A stretch of DNA of 64,000 nucleotides from the NCBI GenBank assembly GCA_024275165.1, contig JAJRZQ010000028.1:7423-71422 (forward strand), read 5' to 3'. Position 1 is the first letter of the stretch. Each line of letters begins with the position of its first letter. The notes below the pieces were generated by a model. The model searched no databases. It was not told the DNA's origin and was given only the letters and a program-made list of their open reading frames with translations. Origin of the DNA: a bacterium (lineage in GTDB: Bacteria; SAR324; XYD2-FULL-50-16). This document shows, piece by piece, positions 1-10,381 of the stretch. The position numbers were made by a program, and so were the translations under genes.

Positions 1-203
1 GCCAACTAGAGACGGAAAAAGATTTCCTTCGTTTCGCGGGCTCTAAGGTGAAGGTCAAGGTCAAAGGCGAGTCCGTTCGCAGCTTGATGGGTACCCTTTT
101 AGGGGTCGAAGAAGGGGTGGGGATTGTTGTAGAGGCAGAAAACGGTAAAGAAACCATCGGGTTTGATACATTGGTTCAGGTGAACCTGAATCCAGACCTT
201 TGA
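1..203 (+). CDS. rimP: Ribosome maturation factor RimP, C-terminal fragment; the 5' end lies outside the window
   Basis: The frame starting at nt 3 reads ...FLRFAGSKVKVKVKGESVRSLMGTLLGVEEGVGIVVEAENGKETIGFDTLVQVNLNPDL and stops at TGA 201-203. The KVKV beta-rich C-terminal domain and the position directly upstream of nusA are typical of rimP. Confidence 0.55.
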   Translation, partial: QLETEKDFLRFAGSKVKVKVKGESVRSLMGTLLGVEEGVGIVVEAENGKETIGFDTLVQVNLNPDL

Positions 204-223
204 TCCATATAGAGGAAGTAGAG

Positions 224-1522
224 ATGAAGCAGGGCGCATTGCTGGAAGCCATCATAGAGCTCAGTCACGAAAGAGGGCTGGATCAAGATGTCATTATCGA
301 GGCATTGGAAGACGCGATTGTCGGGGCAGCTTATAAAAAATATAAAAACTACCGCAATATTGAGGCCCAACTCAATAAACAATCCGGTGCCTTGGAACTC
401 ATGCACTTCAAAACCGTGGTCGCCGAACTCACGGATATGGATAACCAAATTCTTTTAGAAGATGTATTGGAGTTCGACCCCGACGCAGAAGTCGGGGATG
501 AGGTGGAATACCCCATTGATGTGACCGAATTCGCTTCCGTGATCGCCCAGACCTCTCGCCAATTGGTTTTTCAAAAGATCAATGAAGCGGAACGAGAGAT
601 GGTTTTGGAGAAATACAAAGATAAAATTGGGGAGATTTTACACGGGCAGGTGGCTCGTTTCGAGCGGGGTCGCGTGGTCGTGATGATCGGCGGCAATGTC
701 GAAGCGATGCTGGAGCGCAACGAACAAATTCCCTTTGAGAAATTACAGCCCGGCGACAACATTCGGGCGATTTTAGTGGAACTGCGCCCTGAGGGGCGTG
801 GCCCTCAGTTGGTGCTTTCCCGGGCCAACCCCGACTTCTTGATGAAGTTGATCGAGGTCGAGGTTCCAGAGGTTTTTGACGGCGTGATTGATGTTATGGG
901 CGCTGCCCGGGAGCCGGGCCGACGCGCCAAACTGGCCGTGCGCAGCAATGACCCGGATGTGGATCCGGTTGGCGCCTGTGTCGGGGTTCGCGGGAGTCGA
1001 ATTCAAGCGGTAGTGAGCGAACTCTGCGGTGAGCGCATTGATGTAGTTGAATATTCCGACGATCTCGCGCAGTTTATCGTCAATGCCTTGGCTCCGGCGG
1101 AAATCGCGGAAATGGATTTGGACTTTGAAAACCGAGTCGGCCATATCAAGGTGAATATGGATCAGCTCAGTTTGGCGATTGGCAAGCAAGGGCAAAATGT
1201 ACGCCTCGCCAGCAAGCTCACCAAGGTGGCGCTGAATATTGCGGCTTTTGAACAAGAAGATGTGGTTGACCCCTTTGCCGAAGCGGAAGCGCGGCATGAG
1301 GCACGCCTCGCCGAAGAGGCGGCGCAGAAAAAACTAGCCGCGAGCCCAGAGGCAGAAGATGAACCCGCCCCGGCAAGCAACCTGGAAAATGCCCCGGTAG
1401 AAGGTGAACCCGCCCCGGCAAGCAACCTGGAAAATGCCCCGGTAGAGGATACCCCAGCAGAGGATACCCCTAAGGCAGCGGAGGGAGAAAACTCTGATAC
1501 CCAATCAACCCCTGCCGAATAA
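224..1522 (+). CDS. nusA: Transcription termination/antitermination factor NusA
   Basis: The translation MKQGALLEAIIELSHERGLDQDVIIEALEDAIVGAAYKK... shows the NusA N-terminal, S1, KH and acidic repeat regions. A GAGGAAG ribosome-binding site sits 8 nt before ATG 224. The track ORF starts earlier, at an alternative TTG at 200. The gene order rimP-nusA-infB is conserved. Confidence 0.9.
   Translation: MKQGALLEAIIELSHERGLDQDVIIEALEDAIVGAAYKKYKNYRNIEAQLNKQSGALELMHFKTVVAELTDMDNQILLEDVLEFDPDAEVGDEVEYPIDVTEFASVIAQTSRQLVFQKINEAEREMVLEKYKDKIGEILHGQVARFERGRVVVMIGGNVEAMLERNEQIPFEKLQPGDNIRAILVELRPEGRGPQLVLSRANPDFLMKLIEVEVPEVFDGVIDVMGAAREPGRRAKLAVRSNDPDVDPVGACVGVRGSRIQAVVSELCGERIDVVEYSDDLAQFIVNALAPAEIAEMDLDFENRVGHIKVNMDQLSLAIGKQGQNVRLASKLTKVALNIAAFEQEDVVDPFAEAEARHEARLAEEAAQKKLAASPEAEDEPAPASNLENAPVEGEPAPASNLENAPVEDTPAEDTPKAAEGENSDTQSTPAE
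1361..1450 (+). repeat. 45-bp tandem duplication inside the nusA 3' end (2 copies, 43 of 45 nt identical)
   Basis: GAACCCGCCCCGGCAAGCAACCTGGAAAATGCCCCGGTAGAAGGT is followed by the same 45-mer ending GAGGAT. This encodes EPAPASNLENAPVEG/D twice. Confidence 0.9.
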
Positions 1523-1568
1523 GCAGTTACAGCATATTGAGAATGAAAAAGGACGAGGGAGGCGATTT

Positions 1569-4142
1569 ATGAAGGCTCATGAACTGGCAAAGGAATATAA
1601 TATTCCAGCCAAGGATCTGCTTGAGCGGGCCCGTAAGCTAGGAATCGAGGTTAAGAGCCACTTTGCCGCCTTAGACCCCAAGCAGGTTGAAAAGATAAAA
1701 AAATCTTTTCAAGAGCCCGCTAAAATGAAGACGAAGCCGATTAAGGACGCCACTGCCAAAGAGCAGTTGGTGGGGGCGAGAAAGGTAAGAAAACGCATTT
1801 CCGAACCCGAGCCGCGGCGTGTTGCTGAAACGGTTGAACCGACCTTAGAGGAAAAAGAAGAAAAATCAGCTTCTCTAAAGGAAAAGCCGGTTGAGCCTGT
1901 TGCAGAAGAAGCCATGTCGGCCCCGGAAGCGAAGGAAGAGATCCCTGCGAAACCGAGGAAGGAAGAGATCCCTCAGGGTTTAAGGCCCAATCGAAAGATT
2001 AAGGTAATCCGTCAAGCCGCGCCGGAAGAAACCGAAGCCCTCAACGCCGCCGCCGCTTTAGCGGCCAAGGCCGCCCCCCTGCCGACTCCAGCAGAGCGAG
2101 AAGCGTTTGAAAGGAATAAAAAGAAACTCTTGTTGGAAGAGGAAGAGGAAGGGCGCAAGCATATCAAGCGGGCTGGGCACGGACACCGCAAAGACAATAA
2201 ACTCTATAACGACGCAGAGGATTTAGGCGAGGATGAGGTTGCCGGTACGGTGGCGGCGATCATCCCCCCTCTACCGACGATCAAAACCTTTACGGCAAGC
2301 AACTTTGCGGGCAAGGGTCGAGCCGGTAAATGGGGCAAGCCAAAGGGGCGTGGAGCGAAAAAAGCAAAAAGCACCCATGTCTTTAATGAGCGGAAAAAAG
2401 AAATTATTTTAAACCAGATGGTTACGGTCAGCGAGTTGGCCGGCGTGATCGGGGTTAAGGTCAATCAATTGCTGCAAACCTTAGAGCAACTCGGTAGTGA
2501 GGTCACGGCCAACGATGTGATTGACGGGGAAATGGCACAGCTTGTCGCGGCAGAGCATGGGGTTGAAATTCGCAATGAAATCAAAAGCGTTGAAGACGCT
2601 TTGCTCACTACCATCGACGAAGAGCAAGATTTAAAACCTCGCTTCCCCGTGGTGACGGTGATGGGGCATGTGGATCACGGTAAAACCTCTTTGTTGGACC
2701 GAATCCGTAAAACGAATGTCACTGCCGGCGAGGCGGGAGGGATCACCCAACACATTGGCGCCTATTCGGTGCAAACCTCTGCAGGGAGGATCACCTTTTT
2801 GGACACTCCGGGCCACGAAGCCTTTACGGCCATGCGTGCCCGTGGCGCTACCGCTACGGATATCGTGATTTTAGTGGTTGCCGCCGACGATGGCCCTCTC
2901 CCCCAAACCATTGAGGCCATTAGCCACTCCAAGGCAGCGGGGGTGCCCATTATTGTTGCCATCAACAAGTGTGATAAACCCGACGCGACCCCCGACAAGG
3001 TGGTGCAGCAGTTGATGGAATATGAATTGATTTCCGAAGATTTCGGCGGGGATACCTCAATGGTGAAGGTCTCTGCCCATACCGGTGAAGGGGTGGATAA
3101 GTTGCTCGAAATGATCAGCCTACAAGCTGAAATCATGGAGCTGAAAGCCAATTCCTCGCGCCCGGCCGAAGGGGTGGTCATCGAAGCTCGTCTTGATAAG
3201 GGGCGAGGGAATGTATGCACCTTTTTGGTGCAAAAAGGAACCCTAAAAATCGGGGACTGCTTTGTAGCGGGAAACGAGTTTGGTCGGGTTCGCGCCATGG
3301 TGAACGATCAAGGCAAGCAGGTTAAGCAGGCGGGCCCCTCGATTCCCGTAGAAATTGTGGGCCTTAACGGGCTGCCTCTCGCAGGGGATAACTTCCAGGT
3401 TGGAAAAAACGAGAAGATCGTACGGCAAATCGCCGAAACCCGGGCTGCCCATGAAAAGGATCAACGCCAAAGCCAAGCGGTGGCGGTCAGTTTGGAAAAT
3501 ATTTTTGCCAACGCCGGAGGCGAGGAGCAGAGAAATTTAAACCTGATCATTAAATCCGATGTGGTGGGCAGCATGGAAGCCTTATCCGAAGCCCTAACCA
3601 AGTTGGGCAACGAAAAGGTAGCGGTCAAGGTGGTGCATTCCGCTGTGGGGGCCATCACTCAAACCGATGTGAGCTTGGCGCAAACCAGTGAAGCGATCAT
3701 TGTGGGCTTTAATGTGCGGCCCGATACGGCAGCGAAAAAATTGGCCCAGCAAGAAAAGGTAGAGATCAAGCTCTACAGCATCATCTATGAATGCATTGAA
3801 GATGTGACCAAAGCCTTGGAAGGCATGCTCAAGCCCATTGTCCGTGAAGAGATTCAAGGTAAAGCCGAGGTGTTGGAAATCTTTACCATTCCCAAGGTGG
3901 GGGTGATTGCCGGTTCTAAGGTGATTGAAGGCAAGATTATGCGCGATAACCCAATTCGCGTTTTCCGGGATAATATTTTGATTCACGATGGCTTTTTGCA
4001 TAGCCTTCGTCGTTTTCAAGACAATGTCAAAGAGGTGCAAGAGGGCTTTGAATGCGGTATCGGTATCCAATCTTACAAGGATTTGCGCGCGGGAGATGTA
4101 TTGGAGTCCTATCTCAGGTTAGAAACCCAGGCAACCTTGTAA
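1569..4142 (+). CDS. infB: Translation initiation factor IF-2
   Basis: The 857-aa protein has a G-domain (VVTVMGHVDHGKTSLLD, DTPGHEAF, NKCD) and the IF-2 C-terminal beta-barrel domains. The low-complexity K/E/P-rich N-terminus is typical of IF-2. Confidence 0.95.
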   Translation: MKAHELAKEYNIPAKDLLERARKLGIEVKSHFAALDPKQVEKIKKSFQEPAKMKTKPIKDATAKEQLVGARKVRKRISEPEPRRVAETVEPTLEEKEEKSASLKEKPVEPVAEEAMSAPEAKEEIPAKPRKEEIPQGLRPNRKIKVIRQAAPEETEALNAAAALAAKAAPLPTPAEREAFERNKKKLLLEEEEEGRKHIKRAGHGHRKDNKLYNDAEDLGEDEVAGTVAAIIPPLPTIKTFTASNFAGKGRAGKWGKPKGRGAKKAKSTHVFNERKKEIILNQMVTVSELAGVIGVKVNQLLQTLEQLGSEVTANDVIDGEMAQLVAAEHGVEIRNEIKSVEDALLTTIDEEQDLKPRFPVVTVMGHVDHGKTSLLDRIRKTNVTAGEAGGITQHIGAYSVQTSAGRITFLDTPGHEAFTAMRARGATATDIVILVVAADDGPLPQTIEAISHSKAAGVPIIVAINKCDKPDATPDKVVQQLMEYELISEDFGGDTSMVKVSAHTGEGVDKLLEMISLQAEIMELKANSSRPAEGVVIEARLDKGRGNVCTFLVQKGTLKIGDCFVAGNEFGRVRAMVNDQGKQVKQAGPSIPVEIVGLNGLPLAGDNFQVGKNEKIVRQIAETRAAHEKDQRQSQAVAVSLENIFANAGGEEQRNLNLIIKSDVVGSMEALSEALTKLGNEKVAVKVVHSAVGAITQTDVSLAQTSEAIIVGFNVRPDTAAKKLAQQEKVEIKLYSIIYECIEDVTKALEGMLKPIVREEIQGKAEVLEIFTIPKVGVIAGSKVIEGKIMRDNPIRVFRDNILIHDGFLHSLRRFQDNVKEVQEGFECGIGIQSYKDLRAGDVLESYLRLETQATL

Positions 4143-4146
4143 GGGT

Positions 4147-4506
4147 ATGGCAAAGGTTAAAAAAGAGCGGCTGAAAGAAAATCTTAAGATTCGCTTAGCT
4201 CAATTGCTGCATAAAGAGGCTGCCGACCCCCGTTTAGAAGGGGTGACGATCTCTTCGCTTAAACTCAGCCCCGATGGAGCTTTAGCTACCTGTTTTTTCT
4301 CGATTTTCGGTAAAACTCCAGAAGAAGTTCAAAAAATTGAAGCCGCCTTAAACCATTCCTCTGGTTTTTTCCAAAGGAGGTTGGGGCAGGTGCTGGAAAG
4401 CCGGAACACGCCGAGGTTGCATTTTGTTTTTGATAAGGGATTTGATTACAGCAATCAGATTGAAGATGTTTTGATTCGTTTAAAAAAAGAAGGCGAACTC
4501 TCTTAG
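4147..4506 (+). CDS. rbfA: Ribosome-binding factor A
   Basis: A 119-aa protein with an RbfA-like sequence (KRLAQLLHKEAADPRLEGVTISSLKLSPDGALATCFFSIFG). It lies immediately after infB, as in the canonical operon. Confidence 0.85.
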   Translation: MAKVKKERLKENLKIRLAQLLHKEAADPRLEGVTISSLKLSPDGALATCFFSIFGKTPEEVQKIEAALNHSSGFFQRRLGQVLESRNTPRLHFVFDKGFDYSNQIEDVLIRLKKEGELS

Positions 4507-4556
4507 GGAACCTCTACATTTTTCAGAGTTTCCTTAGTTCGCCTTCTTTTTTGTCT
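4483..4556 (+). terminator. Rho-independent terminator of the nusA-infB-rbfA operon
   Basis: A 17-bp perfect stem, AAAAAAGAAGGCGAACT (4483-4499) paired with AGTTCGCCTTCTTTTTT (4536-4552), runs directly into a T-tract. The stem begins within the last codons of rbfA. The loop region itself forms an inner hairpin. Confidence 0.65.
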
Positions 4557-4647
4557 CCGCTGTGTTTCCTTTATTTTAGCGAGATGGATTTTTTTTAGGC
4601 AGGCCAAGTTCTAGCTGCATTCTTCACAGGAACTCGCACGAATCAAG

Positions 4648-6570
4648 ATGGAAATTGGAAAAGAATATTACCAGATTTTCTTTGATCGCATTAGTGACGG
4701 CATCTTTGCCATCATGAATGGCAAGATGGCCTTTGCCAATCATGTCTTAGCTAATCTACTCGGCTACAATACCCACGAAATTATCGGTCTTCCCTTTGAA
4801 ACTCTCATTGCCCCTGAGCAGGTGGAAGAGGTTCAAGCAAAGTACCTAGCCCGTTTGCAGGGGGAAGAGGTAGCCGAACACTATGAAATGCTCTTAATCG
4901 GCAAAAAGGGGCAAAGGGTCAGGGGGCAGGTGAACCTTGTCTTGATTCAGTCTCTTGAAGGGCCGATTGTCTTAGGCGCCTTTAAGGATTTAACGGCCCT
5001 GAAAGAGGCTCAAGCGGGTTTGGAACTCTCCGAGCAAGATCTTACCGCCATTTTAAACAATCTTTCGGATGTCTTTTACCGGGTGGATAAAGAAGGCATT
5101 ATTTTAAAGATTTCCCCTTCTTGTTTGGACGCGACGGGTTATCGGCCCGAAGAAATGATCGGTCGGCCCATGACCGATTTTTATTTCAATGCCGAGCATC
5201 GCGATCGGGTGGCGCAAGCTATTTTGGATCAAGGCGGCAAGGCAACCCAGGTGGAGGCGGCGTTGCGCCGTAAAAACGGGGAAGCCTATTGGGTTTCGAC
5301 CAATGCCTATGTACGCTACGATGAGCAAGGCGAGATTTTATATATCGAAGGGATCGCGCGCGATATTTCAGAGAGAAAAGAATTTGAAGAAAAGCTTAAC
5401 CGGGCCAAGGAGGCGGCCGAGGCGGCCAATCGGGTTAAGGATTCCTTTGTAGCCACCATGAGCCATGAGCTACGCACCCCGATGAATGGGGTATTGGGCA
5501 TGGCTCATTTGCTTTTGTTCAGCGACTTGAATGAAGAACAACGGCAGATGACAGAGACCATTGTTCAGTCCGGCAACGGCTTGATCAAAATCTTGAATGA
5601 TATTCTTTCTTTTTCTAAGTTGGGAGCGCATAAGATGCGGGTGCATCTGGCTCACATTCGTTTATCTGAATTGGTGCAAAATACCCTGCATCTTTTTAGT
5701 GGTTCGGCTCAGGTAAAGGGCTTGGAGCTTTCGTTTCAAATTGATCCAAAGCTGGATGCCGTGGTCTCTGGCGATGCCGAACTGCTGGGGCAAATTCTCT
5801 CTAACCTTTTGGCCAATGCGGTGAAATTTACTGAGCAGGGTCAGATTCTGCTCAAGCTTGAGCTGTTAAAGCAAGATTCCATAACCCAATGGGTTGGCTT
5901 TTGTGTGGAAGATACGGGAATCGGAATTGCCGAAGAAAGTTTGGAAGAGATCTTTCATTCTTTTTCCCAGTTGGAGGCGGCCCACACCCGGAGTCAAGGT
6001 GGAACGGGGCTGGGCTTGGCGATTGTGCGCGAGTTGACCCACTTGCTTGGGGGGCAAGTCCGGGTGGAAAGCGCCTTGTCTCAAGGGAGCCGCTTTTTTT
6101 TAAAGATTCCCTTCCAACGGGTTGAAGACGCAGACCTACCTGTTTCCCGTGAAAGGGATTTACAACAAGCGTCACCGAGGGTTATTTTGCCGCGCCTCTT
6201 TGATAAAAAGGTTTTAGTGGTTGAGGATGATCCGGTCAGCCTTCAGGTAGCCTTAAAAATGCTTTCTTTGCGAGGGATTCAAGCCGATTTCGCGTGGAAT
6301 GGGAAAATTGCCTTGCGGCGTTTGGAAAAGCAACGCTACGACCTGATTTTCATGGACTGCATTATGCCGGAACTCGACGGCTTAGCCGTTACTCGGGCTT
6401 ACCGAGAAAGAGAAGCCAAAGATCGGCCTGCTTCTGTTATCATAGCCTTAACCGCTCGGGCCATGCCGGAAGATCAAGAGGCTTGTTTTCAGGCGGGAAT
6501 GGATGGGTTTATGAGCAAACCCATTAAACTGGAACAGCTGGATGAGGTGCTGGCTCGTTGGTTTGAGTAG
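4648..6570 (+). CDS. Hybrid sensor histidine kinase (PAS-PAS-HisKA-HATPase-receiver)
   Basis: PAS-like N-terminal repeats are followed by an H-box (SFVATMSHELRTPMNGVLGM), a G-box (GTGLGLAIVRELTHLLGG), and a C-terminal receiver domain (KVLVVEDDPVSL...DLIFMDCIMPELDG). Confidence 0.85.
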   Translation: MEIGKEYYQIFFDRISDGIFAIMNGKMAFANHVLANLLGYNTHEIIGLPFETLIAPEQVEEVQAKYLARLQGEEVAEHYEMLLIGKKGQRVRGQVNLVLIQSLEGPIVLGAFKDLTALKEAQAGLELSEQDLTAILNNLSDVFYRVDKEGIILKISPSCLDATGYRPEEMIGRPMTDFYFNAEHRDRVAQAILDQGGKATQVEAALRRKNGEAYWVSTNAYVRYDEQGEILYIEGIARDISERKEFEEKLNRAKEAAEAANRVKDSFVATMSHELRTPMNGVLGMAHLLLFSDLNEEQRQMTETIVQSGNGLIKILNDILSFSKLGAHKMRVHLAHIRLSELVQNTLHLFSGSAQVKGLELSFQIDPKLDAVVSGDAELLGQILSNLLANAVKFTEQGQILLKLELLKQDSITQWVGFCVEDTGIGIAEESLEEIFHSFSQLEAAHTRSQGGTGLGLAIVRELTHLLGGQVRVESALSQGSRFFLKIPFQRVEDADLPVSRERDLQQASPRVILPRLFDKKVLVVEDDPVSLQVALKMLSLRGIQADFAWNGKIALRRLEKQRYDLIFMDCIMPELDGLAVTRAYREREAKDRPASVIIALTARAMPEDQEACFQAGMDGFMSKPIKLEQLDEVLARWFE

Positions 6571-6575
6571 GGGAA

Positions 6576-7655
6576 TTAGGCTTTTGCTTCTTGTTGCAGG
6601 AGTTTGGCTTGATGATCCGCGGCTAGGGCATCAATAATTTCGCCTAAATCCCCATTGGACATGATTTCTTCTAAACGGTACAGGGTCAGGCCAATGCGAT
6701 GGTCGGTCACGCGCCCTTGGGGATAATTGTAGGTGCGAATTCGCTCGGAGCGGTCTCCACTCCCCACCATGGACTTGCGCAAAGCCGCCTCTTCATTGCG
6801 GGAGGTTTCTGCCTGAATCTCATAGAGTTTTGCCGCTAAATACTTCATCGCCTTTGCTCGGTTTTTGATTTGGCTGCGTTCTTCTTGGCATTGCACCACC
6901 ACCCCAGAGGGGAGGTGCGTAATGCGGATGGCCGAATCGGTGGTATTGACATGCTGCCCCCCGGCCCCGCTAGAGCGATAGGTATCGATTTTTAAGTCCA
7001 CCGGATTGATGTCCACCTCGACTTCTTGAGCCTCCGGCAAAACCGCTACCGTGCAGGCAGAAGTATGCACTCGCCCTTGGGTCTCCGTGGCGGGAACCCG
7101 TTGCACCCGATGGGTGCCCGATTCAAACTTCATCTTAGCGTAGATGTTATTTCCTTCGATGCTCGCCACAATCTCTTTAAATCCCCCGAGATCGGTTTCG
7201 TTGATGTCTAAGACCTCGATTTTCCAACCCTTTTTTTCCGCGAAGCGTTGGTACATGCGAAAGAGGTTGGCGGTAAACAGGGCGGCTTCTTCCCCTCCCG
7301 TACCAGCTCGAATCTCTAAAATGATATTTTTGTCATCGTCGGGGTCTTTGGGGAGCAAGGCGAGCTGGGCCTCTTGCTGCAAAGCCTCAAGGCGTTTTTT
7401 CAGACTGGGAATTTCGCCCTTGGCCATTTCCCGCATTTCTGGGTCTTCTGCCGGGTCGTTGGCAATCGCTTGATTCCCTGCCAAGTCTTCGGAAACTTGG
7501 TGCAATTCTTGATAGAGTTGGGCTAAGGGGGCAAGTTTGGCTTGTTCTTTCGAGAGCTTTTGCAGGCGTTGGGAATCCCCTAAAACCGTGGGCGAAGAGA
7601 GGAGAGCGTTGAGTTCTTCAAAACGGGAAAAAAGCGGCGCAAGTCGATCCAGCAT
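6576..7655 (-). CDS. prfA: Peptide chain release factor 1
   Basis: The GGQ motif ([26 protein letters not shown]) and the RF1-type PAT motif ([10 protein letters not shown]) are both present. The protein is 359 aa. Confidence 0.93.
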   Translation of the reverse strand: MLDRLAPLFSRFEELNALLSSPTVLGDSQRLQKLSKEQAKLAPLAQLYQELHQVSEDLAGNQAIANDPAEDPEMREMAKGEIPSLKKRLEALQQEAQLALLPKDPDDDKNIILEIRAGTGGEEAALFTANLFRMYQRFAEKKGWKIEVLDINETDLGGFKEIVASIEGNNIYAKMKFESGTHRVQRVPATETQGRVHTSACTVAVLPEAQEVEVDINPVDLKIDTYRSSGAGGQHVNTTDSAIRITHLPSGVVVQCQEERSQIKNRAKAMKYLAAKLYEIQAETSRNEEAALRKSMVGSGDRSERIRTYNYPQGRVTDHRIGLTLYRLEEIMSNGDLGEIIDALAADHQAKLLQQEAKA

Positions 7656-7700
7656 AGGGTAAAGGGGCAGGAGTTGCCAGGGGCGATATCGCCCTTGGCT

Positions 7701-7913
7701 TTACTTGGGCTGGAAGCCTTGGTATTTCTTTTTGAAACGGTCGATTCGCCCTTCGGTATCAATCAATTTGGATTTGCCGGTGTACTGGGGGTGGCATTTG
7801 GAGCAGATTTCTACTTTGATTTCTTCTTTCATGGTGCTGCCGATTTGAAAGCTAGCGCCGCAACCACAACTATAGGTAGTCGTGTGGTATGGAGGGTGGA
7901 TATCTGATTTCAT
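7701..7913 (-). CDS. rpmE: 50S ribosomal protein L31
   Basis: MKSDIHPPYHTTTYSCGCGASFQIGST...CSKCHPQYTGK is an L31 zinc-ribbon sequence of 70 aa. Confidence 0.9.
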   Translation of the reverse strand: MKSDIHPPYHTTTYSCGCGASFQIGSTMKEEIKVEICSKCHPQYTGKSKLIDTEGRIDRFKKKYQGFQPK

Positions 7914-7994
7914 GAAATTGTTCTTTCTAAGGGTTGCCCCAAAATAAGCCGGACTGGCTCGACTTGGAGGGCCTTAGTCTAAGGTTGGTTAAAA

Positions 7995-8023
7995 ATAATA
8001 TCTTTTTGCCTAAGTTTGGTCAA
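7995..8023 (-). promoter_or_regulatory. Sigma70-like promoter for rpmE (TTGACC-N17-TATTAT on the minus strand)
   Basis: The reverse complement of 7995-8023 reads TTGACCaaacttaggcaaaaagaTATTAT. The -10 element lies about 80 nt upstream of the rpmE start codon. Confidence 0.35.
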
Positions 8024-8029
8024 GGGAAA

Positions 8030-9376
<1,347 letters not shown>

Positions 9377-9526
9377 GAGAATTATAAGGTGAGAGTTTGC
9401 AGGATATTAAAGATCGGGGAAACGACTTTTAGTCGATAGAACGAATCGAAAATTCAATCGGTGGAGTGGACTCAACCGAGTCTACCGAAAAATTAACCAA
9501 AGTAAAAGGCTTGGTCAAGCCTAGAT

Positions 9527-10381
9527 TTATGCTTCCTCTTGCCCAAAGGGTGTTTTTTTTCTTTTTTCTTCTTCCTTGCTTTCTTCTCGGTATGCTCTTA
9601 ATGCTTGATATAGTGGGTCTTCATTCATTTTTTCCGCGTTTTTTTCTCGATCCTCTAAGGGGGAGGATTTTTTTTTGTTTTTTTGCGATAAATGGATCAG
9701 GGGCTCAAAAATACGAGCCCAGGCGTATTGGAGTTGATACCAAAGCGGTTTTACCCCCTCTTTGAGATGGAAGGTTTTTTTAGCCAAAAAGGCGAAGGCG
9801 AGCATCAAGGCGATAAATAAAGCGGGGTCGAGACGAAAGCGGTTGAGATTGAGCGCGACTTGCAAGCTTAAGATGATGAAGGGGGGCCAAGGGGTTAAAT
9901 AGGCGCTGAGTTCGCTGCTCGCGCCAGCGCCCCAAAGGCCGACCCAATAGCCCGTATCGCTTTGCAAGAGGTTGAGGATCAGGCCGAGCAAGAGGGTTAA
10001 GATTAAGTATTCCAGGAGCCCGAAAAAGAATTTAGCGCTGATGGACCCTGCTTGATTCCCCTTAATAAACAACATCCACAGGGGAAAAAGATAGGCGCAA
10101 CGGCCAAAGGCGTCGAAACAAAACCCGGCGATCAAACTGCCGGGGAGCCCCAACCCATTGTGTATCCCTCCGAGGGGGCTGACTAAGTTGAGCGGACTGG
10201 GGTCGTTGCGCCCTTGAAAAAGCAACATGACCAGCAAAAGCAAAGCGAGCCCCACCTGAATCAATTCAACCGGGCGAGGTAGGGGGACCGCATTCAGGTC
10301 TTCTGGGTCGAATTCGACCATGTTGGCAAAACGCTTCATAGGCCTCGTTGGATTTTTTAACCGCGTCAATACCATGGGCAT
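9527..10381 (-). CDS. Hypothetical polytopic membrane protein with a K/E-rich C-terminal tail
   Basis: The core is highly hydrophobic with G/L-rich helices, followed by a C-terminal low-complexity tail (KKKSSPLEDREKNAEKMNEDP...EESKEEEKRKK). The start is uncertain: it overlaps the PHP gene by 116 nt in another frame, and Met15 or Met21 are alternative starts. Confidence 0.4.
   Translation of the reverse strand: MPMVLTRLKNPTRPMKRFANMVEFDPEDLNAVPLPRPVELIQVGLALLLLVMLLFQGRNDPSPLNLVSPLGGIHNGLGLPGSLIAGFCFDAFGRCAYLFPLWMLFIKGNQAGSISAKFFFGLLEYLILTLLLGLILNLLQSDTGYWVGLWGAGASSELSAYLTPWPPFIILSLQVALNLNRFRLDPALFIALMLAFAFLAKKTFHLKEGVKPLWYQLQYAWARIFEPLIHLSQKNKKKSSPLEDREKNAEKMNEDPLYQALRAYREESKEEEKRKKTPFGQEEA

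Noticed and set aside
2762-4070. Long antisense ORFs inside infB (for example 2762..3298 - and 3594..4070 -), and similar ones inside nusA, the histidine kinase, cobD, cobQ and cbiD
   Set aside because: They lie entirely within strongly supported genes on the opposite strand or in another frame, and have no start context. They are typical shadow ORFs of a moderately GC-rich genome.
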